Under the pieces are notes generated by a model. That model saw only the letters and a list, made by a program, of their open reading frames with translations, had not been told where the DNA came from and did not search any database. 64,000 nucleotides of DNA from Chrysomallon squamiferum (taxonomy: Eukaryota; Animalia; Mollusca), in NCBI GenBank assembly GCA_012295275.1, contig CM022676.1, forward strand, positions 11,966,001 through 12,030,000, read 5' to 3'. Within the stretch, counting starts at the first letter, position 1; every line of letters begins with the position of its first letter. Of this stretch, positions 15,767 to 31,223 are shown piece after piece. A program made the translations under genes and the position numbers.

Positions 15767-16244
15767 CATAATAATAATATTACTAATACCTCTATCACAA
15801 TTACCACTAACTGTATTCAATGTTTTTGAAACTGTAGCTATCGCTCAATTGTTTAAACAGGTTGGACTGTATGGCTACGATTATTTTACACAACCATTTA
15901 ATTAATTCAAGTATTCATTCATAAAATAATAACAAATAAAAAACTACGTTGCAATTTTATTTTCTGATACGGTCGCTTATGACGTCGTACAAATGTATCG
16001 CATTCAGCAGCAGTAAAATATAAAAAAACGTCGTCGACCACGTTTTATGTCGATGTTGCTAATTTTATATCCAACAGCTTGCTCAACGGTGAGTGACGTA
16101 CCAGCTACAATTTGCATAATTTAATGTGAAACGTAAAACACTTTGAAAAGTTTTATTACTGTTTAACGTTCATCTGGATTTCTAGCTGAATGGTGGTTAT
16201 ATGTTCATCTGAACTGAATAAAAAAAACACACACACGCCCACAC

Positions 16245-16286
<42 letters not shown>

Positions 16287-16680
16287 CCTGTGTTAAACCA
16301 ACTGGATCTATTATTTTTTGTTATATACTCCTGTGTTATGGATCTGTTATTTTTTTTGGTCAGTTCATCACGTGACTCGGTTATCTGAGGGCTGGGGACT
16401 TGCAAGGATGCAATAGACATGGATTAATCTGCTTCTCCAGTATAACTGTGATTTCCTTGTGTCCAATAAATAAATAAATAAATAATAATAATAAATAAAT
16501 AAATGAATAAAATAAAAAAGTGTTGAAGTTGTTTTAGAAGAGATTAAGGTTGCTTAAGTTTGTTTTCGTTGCTGTTCTGTTGCTGGATTTTGTTGATGCA
16601 TTGGCTTTTATTTCTGTCGTATTTTGGTTTTTATTTTTTATTTATTTATTTAATTTGTTGGTGTTCTTTATTGTTTATCT

Positions 16681-16764
<84 letters not shown>

Positions 16765-17854
16765 ACATCGATTATATATATTTCCTTCATAATAAAAAAG
16801 TGAAAAGAACTAAATGCTATTAAAAAAAACAGCATTTAAGCATTTATATATCTATAAATCAATAAGCAAACAAACAAAACAAAACAAACTCAGTCTTTTC
16901 AGAATAACTAGTCATCAATTCTATCTATCTATCTATCTATCTATGTCTATGTTTTTTGTCTAACTGTATATCACTCTATATATCCATTTACCAATATATT
17001 TATCTTCGTATGTACTTATATACGTATGTAGTATATATATAATATATCTATATCTATCTATCTATCAATCTATCTATCTCTAAATATATATAAATATGTG
17101 AGTATGTCATCTATCATTTTATATATCTGTTCATGCATGTATGTTTGTAAGTATGTCTGTAAGTACGTATGTATCAATGTATCTAGCTCTAGGTCTGCTT
17201 ATTTATCTACTACAGTTATGTCTACTACAATAACTCTACTACAACTGTTACTATTACCATTAGTAGAACTATTTCTACTACTATTGCTACTACTATTACT
17301 TCTATTGCTACAACTACTCAAATTACTACTCTTATTTCCAATGCTACAATAATTATCACACTACTTTTACTACTACTAGTTCTACTATTACGACAATGAC
17401 GTATGGTACCAAAGTGACAGAAACAACAAGTCCTATTACCTGCAGATATTCCAGTTCACTTTACATTCGTCAGTTGTGTTTTAAATATGTGTTCACGTAA
17501 TTTTCTGTTTCATATATTTTCCCGTTTTTTTTGTTTGTTTGTTTAGTATTTTTTTAGAAAGAAATCATGCAGATGTTTCTAGAACATATTAATGAACAGT
17601 GTGACGTGTTGTGTTCTGTATTTGTACAATTACTTTGACAGAGATATAAGCAAACTAACAACAGCAGAATGAAACAAAAGGTAAAAGCAGAGATCACATT
17701 TTCTATAGCATTCATATTTATCTATCTAATCGATCTGTCTTTCTCTGTCTATCTATCTGTCTATTTTTCATCTATTTTCCAGCTTTATATTTATCTATCA
17801 ATCTGCACAGACACACATATATACATTGCAACCACAACAACAACAACAATAACA

Positions 17855-17936
<82 letters not shown>

Positions 17937-17987
17937 AATAAATCCTTGTCGATGTATCGAATTGAAAATATTACATTTTAAAAATGA

Positions 17988-18040
<53 letters not shown>

Positions 18041-18235
18041 GAAAATCTTTGGAAAACGTAAATAAAACTATGACGAATACAGCAGTTAAAATCCTCTTTC
18101 TCTGTGTTTTTAATGTAATAAACACTTTCTTATTTGCATTTTCTATACAACCTTTTTATCCTGATGTGATGGTTTTGATTTTTGTTTTCTATTTTAATTA
18201 TTTATTAGTTTGTTTATTTGTGTGTTTGTTTGTAG

Positions 18236-18599
18236 ATGGAATTCTTAAAAACTCTTCTGCTGATCATTATGTATGATCTTGCTGAAACACGAAGTAAGTT
18301 AATGTTTATACATAATAAGTAATAAATAGTTGTAGTAGTAGTAGTAGTAAAATCAGTAGAAGTAGTAGTAGTGTAAAATTAGTAGTAGTAGTTTTAGTAG
18401 CAGTCATAATTGTTATTGTTGTAATATTAGTAGTATTTCAGAGAATTAGAAAAAGAAGAAATGCTCTCTCTACTCAATATTATTATTATTATTATTATTA
18501 TTGTTGTTGTTCTTGTTATTATTATTGTTATTATTATTGATGTTATTATTGTTATTATTATTATTGTTATTATTGTTATTATTATTGTTATTATTATTA

Positions 18600-18637
<38 letters not shown>

Positions 18638-18644
18638 GTTATTG

Positions 18645-18694
<50 letters not shown>

Positions 18695-19093
18695 GTTATT
18701 ATTATTATTGTTGTTGTTGTTGTTGTTGTTGTCGCAGTACCAGTGTTATCTATAAGCAAGTCGTCCGGGCCACGGCGAGGGTCAGTGATGTTGACGTGCA
18801 CAGTGAACAACGCCGTCAACCTGCACGACGTCATCGGCTTCTCCACGACGCAGCGTCATCTGACGTACGTGATGTTCTCGCAGATGTTTCACCGGTGCTA
18901 CGTGGTGGACCAGGTGGACCACGACATGCACGCGACCTGCTCGCAGGGGACAGACCAGAGTTCGAGTTCCGTTAAGAAATACTCCCTGACAATCCCAGAC
19001 ACGTCGCCGCTCACACACAGACCCTGGTACTGCAAGCTGATGGACAACAAGATGCAGAGCAAGAACTTCGTAACAGTCAGCGAGAAACAGTGA
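18236..19093 (+). CDS. Secreted single-Ig-like-domain protein, gene H
   Basis: Leader exon 18236-18293 (ag|ATG, MEFLKTLLLIIMYDLAETR, gtaagt) and Ig exon 18738-19093 (PVLSISKS..LTC..IGFS..FSQ..C..CSQGT..YSLTI..WYC..SKN, TGA). AATAAA at 19106. A possible upstream exon ends MKQK|gtaaaa at 17680. Confidence 0.8.
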
Positions 19094-19326
19094 TAGACTG
19101 TCAGAAATAAACGTCATCCGCTGAATAAAGTTTCTTAGACTGTCAGAAATAAACGTCATTCATTGAGTTCGTTAATTAGAATGCTAAAAACGAACGTAAT
19201 CGTTGAATACGTAATTTAAACACGCTGAGATAAATTAATGTTGTTCACTGTTTAAATTACTTAGGTTGTTAGAAATGAGAGTTATTATGAATGGTAGCAG
19301 TAGTACTAATATCATTTTTATTACTG

Positions 19327-19390
<64 letters not shown>

Positions 19391-19980
19391 ATATATATAG
19401 TTAGACAAACAGATAAATACATAGATAGGTAAATAGAGAGATGCAGAGACCTGTAGAGTTCTACTGAAAAGATCAAACAACCTACAGAATACTGGCTCTT
19501 CTATTACACTAGTGTGTTAAAGGCAGTTCTATTAGTAGTAACACTAGCGCTCCTACTTACACTAGTGAGCAAAACATAGCTGTAGTTGTATTAGTAGTAA
19601 TACTCATGTCCGCTGCAGCAGAAGTAGATATAATATTACTGATAAAATAATAACAGCAGTAGTAGTAGTACTAGTCGTAGTCGTAGTAGTAGCATCACTA
19701 GTAGTGGTAGTAGTAATAGTAGTAGTAGTAATAACAGATATTACAGAACAATAAAAGAGTATCTAAATATTACACTAATTTATTTCAGAACAACAGAACA
19801 ACGTTTTAAACATTGTACAAAGTTACGTCAGAACTAGAGAATAGTGTGTCAAACATTACAGAAAGTTATTTCAAACAAATTAGTGTGTTAGATATTACAA
19901 TTATTTTACAAACGTTAAATATATAAGTACATATCTACTGACTGCTCACTGTCTATTCACTGCTTTATGTTTATCTGTAG

Positions 19981-20032
19981 ATGCAGTTTGTTCTTTTCTT
20001 CTGTCTGTTAACACTAGCAGAAAATCTGCCGG
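19981..20032 (+). other. Orphan or alternative signal-peptide exon of the B family
   Basis: tag|ATG..MQFVLFFCLLTLAENLP-G|gtgagt, 52 nt, phase 1. Homologous to the B leader MQLLLFFSVLTAAQNVL-G, including the start of the following intron. No Ig exon was seen before the B1 leader. Confidence 0.65.
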
Positions 20033-20215
20033 GTGAGTTGAGATACGTTACATAAAACAAAGTGAAATATAAATATCACAGTGATAGAAGAGGTGTTATA
20101 ACGTTCTCCTTTAACATGCTATAGATGGATGGGTAGCATACATAATCAATGTACATCATTTATTTTTGTTAGTTTTCTTCTTTTGTTTTATTATTCTTTC
20201 ATTCTTCTTCTTCTT

Positions 20216-20246
<31 letters not shown>

Positions 20247-21268
20247 TTATTATTATTATTATTATTATTAGTATTTTATTAGTAGTAGTAGTAGTACTGT
20301 TCTTGTTGTTCAAATATATTACTATTACGATGAAAAATATGATGCTTTTGTCGAAAATATTAATTTTAAAACTTACACATTTTAGAACAGAACAATGTTT
20401 AATTCATTACACAAAATTATTTCAGAACCAAACAAAAAGTAATGCTTGCAAAAAAAAGTTGTAATGCAATTTTTTTTTTAATAATTTTAGTTTAATGGGA
20501 TTTTTGTTTTGTTTTCACGATATTAAATTTCATTATTACATTTCCTATTATTTTTTTCTCATATTTTTTTTGTTATTTTAGTATATGACTGACACATTCA
20601 TTTATTATATTTATCTACAAACCCACTCGTTTTTAAGATGAAAGTACTTGTGTTACGTCGCTCATTGTAACCTATCAAGTCGACTGAAAAAGTAGCATAT
20701 TTTTTTAATCTTTCTCAATTTCCTTTTTTATTTCATTTCTTTTTTTCATTATTTACAATTTATTTATTCAGTCTACTGATACACGACCGACTACAGCGTA
20801 TACATTGTTTCTGTAGGTTTCTGTCACGTGCATATATTTGTGTATGTCTTCATTGTATACATTGTATTATGCTTTTGTGTGAGTGTGTGAGTTAGTAAGT
20901 TGTGATTAATACTGCTTATTCAACTTAATACTACTGTGTGTTGCCTAATTGCTGTTTGGAAAACTACCATTACAGCGATAGTACATCACTTAGTTATACT
21001 ACTACTACCATTACTACAAAACATATTACTACTACGACTACTGCCAAAGCTACTACCACTATAAATACGATTTTCTTTCTAAAGTGAATAGGAAAAGATT
21101 CCAGTTCAAAATAAAATTTTAAGAAGTAAAAATAACTGAGACAGTGTATAAGAGTATCTGTGTGTGATATGGACGTATGTACTGAGATCTGAATATCCTC
21201 AGTCTGATTAGACTCTGCACGTACAGAGTATTCCGAAAAATAGTGGTACATGTATCTATGTATGTCTG

Positions 21269-21302
<34 letters not shown>

Positions 21303-21352
21303 TGTATGTATGTATGTATGTATGTATCTATGTATGTTTGTATGTATGTATG

Positions 21353-21385
<33 letters not shown>

Positions 21386-21483
21386 TTGTAAATATGTATG
21401 TATCTATGTACCTACGTATGTATGAGTATGCGTTTGTATGTATTTATCATATAGATCTATATCTATATCTATGTCTATCTACC

Positions 21484-21591
<108 letters not shown>

Positions 21592-21897
21592 TCTCTCTTT
21601 CTATATATATATATATATATGGACCATTTATGTCTCTATACATTATATATCAAATTTTCAAATAAATTTTGCATTTAAAAGAAAAAAGTAGAAATGCATA
21701 TATTTAATACTTCCAGCATAATGAGATTTTTTTATTAATATTTTTATATTTTATTCTCATATTTTTTTTTTCATCATTTTATTTCATGACTGAAACATTC
21801 ATTTAATGTATCTATCTACAAACTCACTCGTTTTAAATAAAACTAGTAGAATTTCCTTGTTCGTTGCAAACTGTAAAGTCGATCTAAAACGTAAGAC

Positions 21898-21939
<42 letters not shown>

Positions 21940-22370
21940 GTTGTTATTGTTTAAATGTACTACTCTTGCGATGAAAAATTTGATGCTTTAGTCGACAATC
22001 CTAATTTTAAAATTTACAAATTTCAGAACAACAGAACAATGTTTTATTCATTATACATAATTATTTCAGAACAAACAAAAAAGTAATGCTTACGAAAAAA
22101 AGTAGTAATGCATATTTTTGATAGCTTTAGCATTATGAGATTTTGTTTTTGTTTTCACGATATTAATTTTATTACAACATTTCCTATTATTATTTTTCTG
22201 ATATTTTTTGTTATGTTAGTATATGAATAACACATTCATTTTGCGTATTTATCTACAAACCAAATCGTTTCAGACATTATTGTTAATATTACGTCGCTCA
22301 GTGCGAGCTATTAAGTCGATCAAAAAAGTGTGATTTCTTAATTTTCTTTTTCTCATTGCTTTTGTTCTAG

Positions 22371-22670
22371 TGTTCAGTGTCTACTTCTACTGGACCATTT
22401 GTTCAGTGTCTACTTCTACTGGATCATCTACAGTTTGTTTGTTCAGTGTCTACTTCTACTGGATCATCTACAGTTTATTTGTTCATTGTCTACTTCTGCT
22501 GGATCATCTACAGTTTATTTGTTCATTGTCTACTTCTACTGGATCATCTACAGTTTATTTGTTCAGTGTCTACTTCTACTGGATCATCTACAGTTTATTT
22601 GTTCAGTGTCTACTTCTACTGGATCGTCTACAGTTTATTTGTTCAGTGTCTACTTCAACTGGATCTTCTG
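22371..22670 (+). repeat. 40-bp minisatellite upstream of B leader exons
   Basis: Unit gttcagtgtctacttctactggatcatctacagtttattt. Also at about 28860-29230 and 35670-36040. Confidence 0.9.
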
Positions 22671-22687
22671 CAGGTTTTTCCTCACAG

Positions 22688-23458
22688 ATGCAGTTGCTTC
22701 TTTTCTTCTCTGTGTTGACAGCAGCTCAGAATGTTCTAGGTAAGACAAATCACATAAAACAAAGTGAAACATCGCAATGAGAGAAAGGTTTAATATTGTT
22801 CCAGTTCAGTATACGACACTATATATTTATATATTTTAGCTTAGAATCCTTGTAAAGTCTAATGCACTGTTTTGTTTGAAGTAACTTTGTATAAAGTTTA
22901 ATGCACTGTTTTGTTTCAAAAAACTTTGTATAAAGTTTACTCTGAAAAATGAACTGTAAAACATTTAACACGCTGTTCTCTTGAATTTACCCTGTGTAAC
23001 ATTTTACATTTAGTGTAGATGTTTACATTTAGTGTAGATGTTTCTTTCAGGACATGATGAGATTGTTTTGACTTCTACACTTGAATACTCCAAGGTGCGC
23101 GGGAGGGCGGAACTGAGGTGCAAGATGCTGGCTTACAAGACGATCAACGAGCAGATCGCGTTCTACAGGAAGAGAAGCTGACTCAGACACGTTCAGCTCT
23201 TTCTACGTCATCGAGCAGAACATATCCGGCTGCGAGGCTCCGCCAGTTTCTCCTCTAGCTACGTACGTTCTGTCGTGTGGGCCTGGCACGGAAGACGATT
23301 ATGCAAAATGGAGAATCTACTTCCTGGTAATAAACTTTACAGCAGAACAAATTAAACACGGAGTCGATGATTACTGGACGTGTGGAAAGTCTTCTACACG
23401 AGAGATGAGTAACAGTGTGCATGTAAAGGTGACACGTGAACAAGACGTGTTGTACTGA
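22688..23458 (+). pseudogene. Single-Ig gene B1 with a +1 frameshift (pseudogene or assembly error)
   Basis: Leader exon 22688-22739 and Ig exon 23051-23458. The Ig exon is 408 nt versus 407 nt in B2 and B3, with an extra A near 23170 (caggaagagaa vs caggagagaa). Otherwise nearly identical to B3. Confidence 0.75.
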
Positions 23459-24351
23459 CGTGTAAATCAGATCGCAAATAAAAATCTGACAAAACAAATT
23501 CGTTCGCGTAAAATGTTAGGGTGCTATCACAGTTCAAACAGTCTCAATGTGAAATGTAAAAAAAAAAATCTTTTCCATTTTTATATTTCCACTATTAATT
23601 AGTACATACACTGTTAATAATGTATCAGTATGTCAAAGGTGTTAAACATATTTTCATTAAAAACATTTTAAATGTAGATACTGGATAAATCACTTTATTA
23701 GACTCTGGATGTTACAGATAATATACAATAAATTATCAACAATTTGAAAACAGTGACAGTTAGTTATCAATGACTATCTGAAATAGAAATACTGAAGATC
23801 TGTAAACAAATGTAATATTCTAGTACAATGACAAAACTGTATTTGTCCCGTACCATTTTGCAGTACAAACACTGTTTTATGATGTAGTACAGTTAATTGG
23901 GCGGTGATCTGAACTGGTCTATTATTATTGTTATGTTACTAGGAAATGCTGTCACCTATCTGTGTAATGCCAATGTGTAGCCAACCCATACTCTTATACT
24001 TAGACGATTCTGTTCACTCGAGGTATGTACCAGCATCAGAAAGAGCAGTAATAGTAGAAGTAGTAGAAGTTGTAGTAGCAGTCGCACAATCATAAATAAT
24101 GGTAGTAGTAGTGGTGAAAGAGAAAGACAGGGACATAGAAAATCAATCAGATAGATAGATAGATAGATAGATATACACACACAGATAGATAGACACACAG
24201 ATAGATAGATAGATAGATAGATAGACACACAGATAAATATATAGATTGTATATTGCAAATAAATGCAAGCAAAAGAGGAGACAACCGAACGACTGGTTTT
24301 ATGTTTATTTAAGAGTGAGTATTGTACGTGTAACATGAATCACTGCGTTGT

Positions 24352-25637
24352 CTACGTTAGACTCGTTAGGAAAATGTCGTTACTCCTTACGCCTGTGTGA
24401 ATTGCACACCGCCAGCTAGTCTCGGCAATTTCCTCGCGCTTGATAACCAGGTGGTACAGTCGTATGAACGGTTCACTTTCACGTGTGCCATTCCCGCACC
24501 TCATTTCTAACCCTGGTTTCTTGTCCAGTGCAAAACACTCACCATCTCCCTGCAGAAAACTGATGTAGAGTCCGTGGTATTCATCAGAGGCTTTGTGTTT
24601 TTTGTAGAAGCTGATGAGAGGAGAGAACATCTGTTCTCTCCACACGCGACACGTCAGAAGCACAGTCAAGTTTGGCACGAGGACGCTGTCTGAGGCAGTC
24701 AGTTCCAATCGCACCCCATTCACTGAAATATCTGAATACCACACACTGCGTTTAATTCCCTTTGCTGTAAATGCTTTAAATGGTGATCACGAAAAACGTG
24801 AACTAGTTAACTGAAATGATTAACAGTAAAAAGATGGAAGATAATAAATCTGACATATTTAAACTCACATTTTTTCAACAGGGTAAGACGAAGCACTTTG
24901 CTCTCCTGATCAGATGCTGTACACTTCCACAGCGTGGTGGGAGGTAAGAACTCGAGAGTTCCAATCCTGGGCATGGTGTAGTGGTAGACTCTCCATCTTG
25001 CGTCACTCGCGTCTGTTCCCGTTCCGCAGCTGAGAAAAGCACCTTGCGGCCACATCCCAAGTATCGAGCAGTTCCCCCCCCGCGTCTGGTGCAGCGAACC
25101 ACTTCTCCAGTAGTTACCAATCGTGTCTTTACCGCCGAATGAAACTGTATACGACTCGTCAGGAGCAGATACCGCACACGTGAACGTAAACTCTCTCTCT
25201 GATATGACTACGTTGCGACTGTAAGTAAGCACTACCTGTTCAACACCTGTAGACACGAAATATTTTTGAAACAATTAGTCAGAATCTTACGTACGCTGCT
25301 GAAATAAGCTGACAACAATTGATAGCGTGCACTGAAAATGTTTCGTGTCAACTCAGCCTGTATACTCAGAATGTTTGATATGAGCCCAAAGTGTAAACTG
25401 AAAATATTTCAAGTGAACTCAGATTATTTTCTTCCTTATTGTTTGTGTTGTTGTTGTTGTTGTAGTTGTTGCGGTGAGTGGTTCTTATTGTCATTTTACT
25501 TTTCTAGTTCTGTTTCTACTTCTACTTCTTTTTCTTCTTCTTCTTCTTCTTCTTCTTCTTCTTCTTCTTCTTCTTCTTCTTCTTCTTCTTCTTCTAGTAC
25601 TACTAGTACTACTACTACTTCTTCATCTTCAACTACT

Positions 25638-25669
<32 letters not shown>

Positions 25670-25721
25670 TTCTTCTTCTAGTACTACTAGTACTACTACT
25701 ACTTCTTCATCTTCAACTACT

Positions 25722-25753
<32 letters not shown>

Positions 25754-25758
25754 TTCTT

Positions 25759-25789
<31 letters not shown>

Positions 25790-26159
25790 TTGTTATTATT
25801 ATTAACAGTAGTAGTAGCACAAGCAACAGGAATGTTATTATTATTTTCATTATTATTACCGTAGAATACTATGAGTTGTAGTAATAGTAGTAGTAGTAGT
25901 AGTACAAGTGGTAGTAGTAGTGGTACTAGTAGTAATGGTACTAGTAGTGGCAATAGTACTGGTGGTAGTAGTAGTAGTAGTTATTGTTTTTGTCTTTGTT
26001 GTTGTAGTGGATTTTTTGTAGTCATTATAATTGTCATTGTATTTTAGTGTTGTTGTTGTTATCATTGTCAAAACTGTTATTGCTGTGAGTATAAATAATG
26101 AACTCACATATCACGTGATTCACTGATATAACCAATGAGAGTAGAACCACAGAAAACAT
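24352..26159 (-). CDS. Secreted two-Ig-like-domain protein, gene C1 (inverted close paralog of A1)
   Basis: Exons 26159-26108 (MFSVVLLSLVISVNHVI), 25246-24869 and 24722-24352. Phase-1 GT-AG junctions and an open frame. Confidence 0.85.
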
Positions 26160-26732
26160 CTGTTAAATTAAATTTCACATTAGACAGTAATTATACACTG
26201 AGTAGACAGGAGTGTAGACAGTAATTATACACTGAGTAGACAGGAGTGTAGACAGTAATTATACACCGAGTAGACAGGAGTGTAGACAGTAATTATACAC
26301 TGAGTAGACAGGAGTGTAGACAGTAATTGTACACTGAGTTAGACCGATGACACTGAGTATCACAGTGAGTAGAGAATTATTATCTAGTGAGTAGAGTGAT
26401 ATTACCTAGTGAGTAGAGTGTTATTATGTAGCGATTACAGAAGTATCACTGTTGTCGTGAGTAGATTACTATTTCATAGTAAGAAAATATCTGTTGCTCT
26501 ATGAGTCGAATTTTATTACGTTCGTCAGTCGTAGTTTCGGCCACAACCCGTTACCATGGACACTCTTTGTGACGTAGATCGAGGTCAAAGTTAACTTCTC
26601 ATCTTCTAAAGTTCTCCTCGACTTCTCGATGATGAATAATGAAACACAGACAGAAACATGGAGAGACAGACAGACAGACAGACAGACAGAAACATGGAGA
26701 GACAGACAGACAGACAGACAGAAACATGGAGG

Positions 26733-26766
<34 letters not shown>

Positions 26767-27466
26767 AACATGGAGGGACAGACAGACAATCAGACAGACA
26801 GACAGACAGACAGACAGACACAGAGATATAGAGAAAAGGTAATGAACTATCGTACCTTTTTGCTCGAGCAGGTATTGCAATGGTTGTTTACACAAAACAA
26901 ATGGGTTTTATTTATTGACGTTAAACCATCGATCAAAAATGTTTATCTGAAGATTACGTAACAAATTAAATACACACACACATTAATTTATTTATTTATT
27001 TGTTTTTCTGTTTGTTTGTTTGTTTGTTTATACATGTATATACGTATATATGTATTTATGTGTTTATTTCAGTGTATTTGTGTTTGTATACGTATGTTTG
27101 AGGCTTCATATATATATATATATATATAATATCATGTTTTATTTTTATTTACTACTGTATGTAATATGTGAGTATGTGTAATATCATATTTTATTTAACA
27201 CAGTATGTAATATGTGAGTATGGATAATATCACGTTTTATTTAACACAGTATCACGTTTTTATGTAATACATGTATGTTATTTTTTTAATACGGTATGTA
27301 ATATGTGAGTATGTGTAATATCATGTTTTTTTAATACAGTATGTAATATGTCAGTATGTGTAATATCATGTTTTATTTAACACAGTATGTAATATGTCAA
27401 TATGTGTAATATCATGTTTTATTTAACACAGTATGTAATATGTGAGTATGTGTAACACGTCGTTGT

Positions 27467-27834
27467 CTACTCTGTCTCGGTGACGTGTACAGTGTTACTC
27501 ATTTCTCCACCGTAAACTTCACATCTCCAGTCACTTTCTCCGTTTCCTTCAGACGTGACACGCAGGTGGTACAACCTGAAAGCGTTCATGGTGCTCTTTG
27601 TCCCCATCCCACAATGCAGTTTTGAGCTTCCTGTCAGTCTGGTAATCGGAAAGCAGTTAGTCGCGTCCTGGAGAAATGAGGCGTAGGAGAGAAACTTTGC
27701 AGAGCTTTGCACTTTTCTGTAGAAAGTGAGGACAGTTGACACAGTTCTGTAGGTCGCGGAGGCACACGTCAGTTCGTACTGCTCATTTCTCTTGATCTTT
27801 GCGGCCGAGGTATACATGATTGTTTCTCTAGGCT
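27467..27834 (-). pseudogene. Leaderless single-Ig exon D1
   Basis: Intact exon (tttcag|[44 protein letters not shown]). Its upstream intron is cut at the (CT)n duplication junction, so the D3-type leader is absent. Confidence 0.7.
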
Positions 27835-27936
27835 CTGAAAAGTAGATTGTTAAAGTACTGGGCATTAGAAAAAAATCGTTTTATTTTAAGTCTAAAATTA
27901 ATTAAAAGAAATAATTGTCCATTGGCAGAAGTAAGC

Positions 27937-28084
<148 letters not shown>

Positions 28085-28350
28085 CCTCTCTCTATATGGT
28101 CCATTTATATCTCTGTACATCATATATCAAATTTTTAAATGAATTTTGCATTTAAAAGAAAAAAGTAGAAATGAATATATTTAATACTTCCAGCATAATG
28201 AGATTTTTTTATTATTATTTTAATATTTTTATATTTTTTTCTCATAATATTTTTCGTCATTTTATTTCTTGACTGAAACATTCATTTAAATAAAACTAGT
28301 AGAATTTCCTTGCTCGTTGCAAATTGTGAAGTCGATCTAAAACGTAAGAC

Positions 28351-28436
<86 letters not shown>

Positions 28437-29247
28437 TGTTGTTATTGTTTAAATGTACTACTCTTGCGATGAACAGTATCATGCTTTAGTCGACAATCCT
28501 AATTTTAAAATTTACAAATTTCGGAACAACAGAACAATGTTTTATTCATTATACAAAATTATTTCAGAAGCAACAAAAAATGTAATGCTTACGAAAAAAA
28601 GTAGTAATGCATATTTTTGAATACTTTTAGCATTATGAGATTTTTCTGTTTTCACGATTAATTTTACTATTACATTTCCTATTATTTTTGTTCTGATATT
28701 TTTTGTTATTTTAGAATATGACTGACACATTCATTTAACGTATTCATCTACAAACTCACTCGTTTTAGACACAACTGCTACCATTGCTTCGCTCAGTGGA
28801 AGCTATTAAGTCGATCAAAAACGTGGGATTTCTTAATTTTCTTTTTCTCATTGCTTTTCTTCATCATCTACAATTTATTTGTTCAGTGTCTACTTCTACT
28901 GGATCATCTACAGTTTATTTGTTCAGTGTCTACTTCTACTGGATCGTCTACAGTTTATTTGTTCAGTGTCTACTTCTACTGGATCGTCTACAGTTTATTT
29001 GTTCAGTGTCTACTTCTACTGGAACGTCTGCCGTTTATTTGTTCAGTGTCTACTTCTACTGGATCGTCTACAGTTTATTTGTTCAGTGTCTACTTCTACT
29101 GGATCGTCTACAGTTTATTTGTTCAGTGTCTACTTCTACTGGATCGTCTACAGTTTATTTGTTCAGTGTCTACTTCTACTGGATCGTCTACAGTTTATTT
29201 GTTCAGTGTCTACTTCAACTGGATCTTCTGCAGGTTTTTCCTCACAG

Positions 29248-30382
29248 ATGCAGTTGCTTCTTTTCTTCTCTCTGTTGACAGCAGCTCAGAATGTTCTAGG
29301 TAAGACAAATCACATAAAGCAAAGTGAAACATCGCAATGAGAGAAAGGTTTAATATTGTTCCAGTTCAGTATAGGACACTGTATTTTATACATTTTAGCT
29401 TAGAATCCTTGTAAAGTTTAATGCACTGTTTTGTTTTAAATAACTTTGTATAAAGTTTAATGCACTGTTTTGTTTTAAATAACTTTTTATACGGTTTAAT
29501 TCACTGTTTTGGTTTAAATAACTTTTTTTACACTTTTTTGTTTTAAATAACTTTTTACAGTTTAATGCACTGTTTTGTTTTAATGCACTGTTTTGTTTTA
29601 AATAACTTTGTATAAAGTTTAATGCACTGTTTTGGTTTAAATAACTTTTTTTACAGTTTAATGCACTGTTTTGTTTTAAATAACTTTGTGTAAAGTTTAA
29701 TGCACTGTTTTGTTTGAAGTAACTTTGTATAAAGTTTAATGCACTGTTTTGTTTGAAATAACTGTATAAAGTTTAATGCACTGTTTTGTTTGAAGTAATT
29801 TTGTGTAAAGTTTAATGCACTGTTTTGTTAGAAATATCTTTGTATAAAGTTTAGCATACTGTTCTATTACTCTGAAAAAAATGAACTGTAAAACATTCTC
29901 ATGTTCTGAAATTATCCTGTGTAACATTTTACATTTAGTGTAGATGTTTACATTTAGTGTAGATGTTTCTTTCAGGACATGATGAGATTGTTTTGACTTC
30001 TACACTTGAATACTCCAAGGTGCGCGGGAGGGCGGAACTGAGGTGCAAGATGCTGGCTTACAAGACGATCAACGAGCAGATCGCGTTCTACAGGAGAGAA
30101 GCTGACTCAGACAAGTTCACCTCTTTCTACGTCATCGAGCAGAACATATCCGGCTGCGAGGCTCCGCCAGTTTCTCCTCTAGCTACGTACGTTCTGTCGT
30201 GTGGGCCTGGCACGGAAGACGATTATGCAAAATGGAGAATCTACTTCCTGGTAATAAACTTTACAGCAGAACAAATTAAACACGGAGTCGATGATTACTG
30301 GACGTGTGGAAAGTCTTCTACACGAGAGATGAGTAACAGTGTGCATGTAAAGTTGACACGTGAACAAGACGTGTTGTACTGA
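29248..30382 (+). CDS. Secreted single-Ig-like-domain protein, gene B2
   Basis: Leader exon 29248-29299 (MQLLLFFSLLTAAQNVL-G) and Ig exon 29976-30382 (HDEIVLTS..LRC..IAFYR..IEQ..C..CGPGT..YFLVI..WTC..SN, TGA). AATAAA follows. Confidence 0.85.
29410..29850 (+). repeat. About 39-bp intronic minisatellite of the B genes
   Basis: Unit aagtttaatgcactgttttgttttaaataactttgtata. Long in B2 and B3 (36225-36620) but only about 2 units in B1. Confidence 0.85.
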
Positions 30383-31223
30383 CGTGTAAATCAGATCGCA
30401 AATAAAAATCTGACAAAACAAATTCGTTCGCGTAAAATGTTAGGGTGCTATCACCTTTCAAACAGTCTCAATGTGAAATGTAAAAAAAAATCGTTTCCAT
30501 TTTTATGTTTCCATTATTAATTAGTACATTCACTGTTAATAATGTATCAGTATGTCAACAGCGTTAACCAGATTTTTACAAAAAACATTTAAATGTAGAT
30601 ACTGGATAAATCACTTTATTAGACTCTGGATGTTACAGATAATATACAATAAATTATCAACAATTTGAAAACAGTGACAGTTAGTTATCAATGACTATCT
30701 GAAATATCAAGATAGAAATACTGAAGATCTGTAAACAAATGTAATATTCTAGTACAATGACAAAACTGTATTTTGCAGTACAAACACTGTTTTATGATGT
30801 AGTACAATTAATTGGGCGGTGATCTGAACTGGTCTATTATTAGTGTCATGTTACTAGGAAATGCTGTCACCTATCTGTGTAATGCCGCTGTGTAGCCAAC
30901 CCATACTCTTATACTTAGACGATTCTGTTCACTCGGGATATGTACCAGCATCACCAACAGCAGTACTAATAGAAGTAGTAGAAGTTGTAGTAGCAGTCGC
31001 ACAATCATAAATAATGGTAGTAGTAGTGGTGAAAGAAAAAGACAGGGAAATAGTAAGTCTGTCATATAGATAGATAGATAAATAGATAGATGGACGCACA
31101 CAGATAAATAGATAGATAGATAGATAGACACACAGATAAATATATAGATTGTATATTGCAACGACTGGTTTTGTGTTTATTTAAGAGTGAGTATTGTACG
31201 TGTAACATGAGTCACTGCGTTGT

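Noticed and set aside
14970-16420. Possible micro-exons (cag|AAACAA|gtaagt near 15445, cag|CTTGCTCAACG|gtgagt near 16078)
   Set aside because: Splice-like motifs are present but no coherent reading frame or homology could be assembled without transcript data.
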